64,000 nt of DNA from Octopus bimaculoides. Lineage: Eukaryota. The stretch is taken from contig NC_068982.1 in the NCBI RefSeq assembly GCF_001194135.2, forward strand, positions 135,953,403-136,017,402, written 5' to 3'. A program made the translations under genes and the position numbers. Positions 62,720-64,000 of the stretch are shown piece by piece (the first letter of the stretch is position 1; every line of letters starts with the position of its first letter). A model generated the notes under the pieces. It ran no database searches and was not told where the DNA came from. It saw nothing but the letters and a program-made list of their open reading frames with translations.

Positions 62720-64000
62720 AACAACGTTACATACATTACAACATGACTTGGTATAGTTTGGGCTAGATTCACGCTGAAAAGCCTCTGATACCAAATAAAC
62801 ATTTATAGAATGCAAATTCGTAGTTCTACTTCTCTGGAACTACTAGTTTTGATGTGTATATAAACTGATTGGCTAATTGATTCTCCGTCATTGGTCAAAT
62901 GATGGAAACATCTCTGATGAGATCCCAATTAGTTACGAAAATCTATTGAGTCTGTTCATCATTATTTTCGATCGCAGGAGAGACAGTAAAATATGACGTT
63001 TGTATGTCTACTATGCAAGTTTCTACACGCACACACACATCACATGACACAAGCGTGCGCATAAGCACATCCCATACGCGACACACTAAATACATATGTG
63101 TGTGTGCAAGAGTAAATTAGGTGGAAAAAGGTGTTTTAGCCATCTACAATCATACACAAATATGTATTTATAATCACTTTTCATTAATTTCGTGGAGGTT
63201 TTATATTTTTGTCACTACGCTATAATTCCATTGTAGCTGTTTTAAACTTAGCTATTGACAAGTTCTCAGTTATTTTTTCCCTTGATGAATTTACGGAAAT
63301 ATGGCTTTCTTGTATATATGTGGTTTGATCTCTTGATACCGGATATCGTTAGTCACTTCTAAGTTCCATTCTCCAGCTGTTTCTGCCAGTTTATAAACTT
63401 GCACAAATCATTATTACCATAACACGTTTATTTACATTTTCTTTCTGCTTTCTTATTTTCCTCCCATTTTCTTTTTGACTCCATTCTTATCCTCATAACG
63501 TTTAACTTTGAAAGCTTGTTCAATGCTTATTAATAAACATTATTTTTGATATGTCTTTTTATTTATTATGGAGATATATGTTGATTCTTGCTGCGTAGGT
63601 TTATTTCCAAACCGTGTTGTTTTTAAAAATAACGCATCAGCAGATATATACATAGAAATAATAACGAATATAATCACTGCCAAACGTAAATATTTGTTAT
63701 ATAATCAGAGCCATACTTATACATATATTTATGATATTATCACATTCCTAAATATACACGCACGCAACACTAGCCAACACAAATTGTCACACACCTATGC
63801 GTAAAAATGTATGCAAGTATTGTTTTAGTGATCACATGATGGATGTCTCGATGAGCTGCAATTTGGTCAAATTAACGGAAGCATTTGACCGGAACACTTG
63901 TATTGCTCATACACACCCTGGAAAGAGGAAACTCTCGATTTATATCATATATAAAGTAGTAAGGTTAATGAAATCTACTTTGTCTGAGATCTACCACGAA

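Noticed and set aside
62910-62952. CTGATGA...GAAA hammerhead-like motif
   Set aside because: Stems I and III cannot be formed with a valid cleavage triplet.

Overview
This is eukaryotic, AT-rich, repeat-saturated draft-assembly DNA with 11 N-gaps (4114-4703, 13345-13510, 15809-16243, 29547-29938, 37044-37053, 39797-40435, 41213-41450, 49761-49856, 52013-52147, 59149-59750, 60227-60236). The SINE families and microsatellite load point to a coleoid cephalopod, most likely Octopus (inference). Nearly all listed ORFs are microsatellite or gap artefacts. The window contains four tRNA-derived SINE families and decayed LINEs of the CR1, L1/Tx1 and R4/Dong clades. Decayed DNA transposons include maT-type Tc1/mariner, two hAT lineages and MITEs. 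Several Penelope-type minimal hammerhead ribozyme motifs occur, often inside inverted repeats. One candidate host gene lies on the minus strand: two exons (56795-56677 and 22947-22776) splice in frame across about 33.7 kb into a short single-pass membrane protein. The most notable observations are: (i) a tRNA-headed element with a hammerhead/Penelope-type tail and an inverted tail copy (37805-38268); (ii) 3' tails shared between SINEs and LINEs in the window (SINE A with CR1, SINE B with Tx1); (iii) an ORF1-only Tx1 derivative; (iv) a GC-richer Tol2-like hAT that may be horizontally acquired. All alignments and translations were done by eye, and family names rest on recalled motifs, not database searches.
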